A stretch of DNA of 64,000 nt from Camelus dromedarius (lineage: Eukaryota): NCBI RefSeq assembly GCF_036321535.1, contig NC_087437.1, positions 30,258,001 to 30,322,000 of the forward strand. Reading direction: 5' to 3'. A program made the translations under genes and the position numbers. A model generated the notes under the pieces. The model worked only from the letters and a program-made list of their open reading frames with translations, had not been told where the DNA came from and searched no databases. Shown here in pieces: positions 63,281 to 64,000 of the stretch. Position 1 is the stretch's first letter; each line of letters opens with the position of its first letter.

Positions 63281-64000
63281 ATTGGGTTTTGCACAGCCAA
63301 TGCTTGGGGAATCAGGAGGTGATGTTTTGGTGTGGTAACTACAGTTAAAGTATGTTGTCATCAAGTGGATAACAATCCACTGAGTAACCAGGACCTATGG
63401 TTGTTAACTAAGAAAATGAATCATGACATAAACTCAGTGATTTATATATCAAAATATAGATAACAACTTTCTAAAAAATAGTTATAAAAATCACAAATAT
63501 TTTCACTGTTACCAATAAAATAGCAGAGTGTGACTGTAATCTTGAGTAGAACTAAGTCACTTTGGGTCTTCCTGAAATTTGTCCAACTCATGGATTACAG
63601 AATTCTTCATTAAAGAGAGCTTTAACTCTCTTACCAAAGAGCCTTGATTGGCAAAGTCTTTACTAGCACTTACTGTCCAGTTTCTCCCTAATTCTATTGT
63701 AAAGAGAAGCCACATTTTTACTCATGAGGCTGACAAGAGATCATAGCTATGTGATACATTCACTCACCAGCAACATTAATATTTGTAATTGTATGTCCTC
63801 TGGTAAGAGGATGGTTTATACCTATCTGGGTACATCTCTGCTTTAAAGAAAACTACTTTAAGTTTTTCCCCCCTACTTTCAAATTACTAGCTTAGCTGAG
63901 AGTCACATAAAATAATTTTAATGCTGTCTGTTTCCTCAGTAACCATCATTAGTAGGGTCATGTGCATTTCTTTGTTTTAATAGAAATCTTCTTTTAGGAC

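Noticed and set aside
1..64000. ORF-track entries as protein-coding genes
   Set aside because: All are 114 aa or shorter, many start at non-ATG codons, and many overlap repeats or microsatellites; apart from L1 fragments none resembles a protein family I recognise.
1..64000. CRISPR array, operon or other prokaryotic-type system
   Set aside because: Mammalian repeat-rich DNA with no regularly spaced repeat-spacer structure and no dense coding region.

Overview
AT-rich (visibly CpG-depleted) mammalian genomic DNA, most likely from a camelid: it carries a tRNA-Ala-derived vic-1-type SINE and lineage-type L1 3' ends. I find no credible protein-coding exon, intact RNA gene or CRISPR array. The ORF track is chance ORFs plus decayed L1 ORF2 fragments, so the window reads as a large intron or intergenic region. 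Roughly half is recognisable interspersed repeat: L1s of several ages, L2, MIR, MaLR/ERVL/ERV1 LTRs, a decayed ERVL integrase-dUTPase segment, and Tigger and MER58 DNA transposons, several of them nested. The most interesting object is a ~600 bp apparent retrocopy at 16597-17198 (minus strand). It joins a CpG-island-like 5' segment to an LTR fragment polyadenylated just after its AATAAA, ends in an A-rich tail, is flanked by a candidate target-site duplication, and carries a near-perfect CTCF motif. Three strong CTCF motifs (+, +, -) span the window. Repeat subfamily names come from recalled consensus sequences, not a database search, and boundaries of old repeats are approximate (tens of bp). 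I see no evidence for a new multi-gene system.
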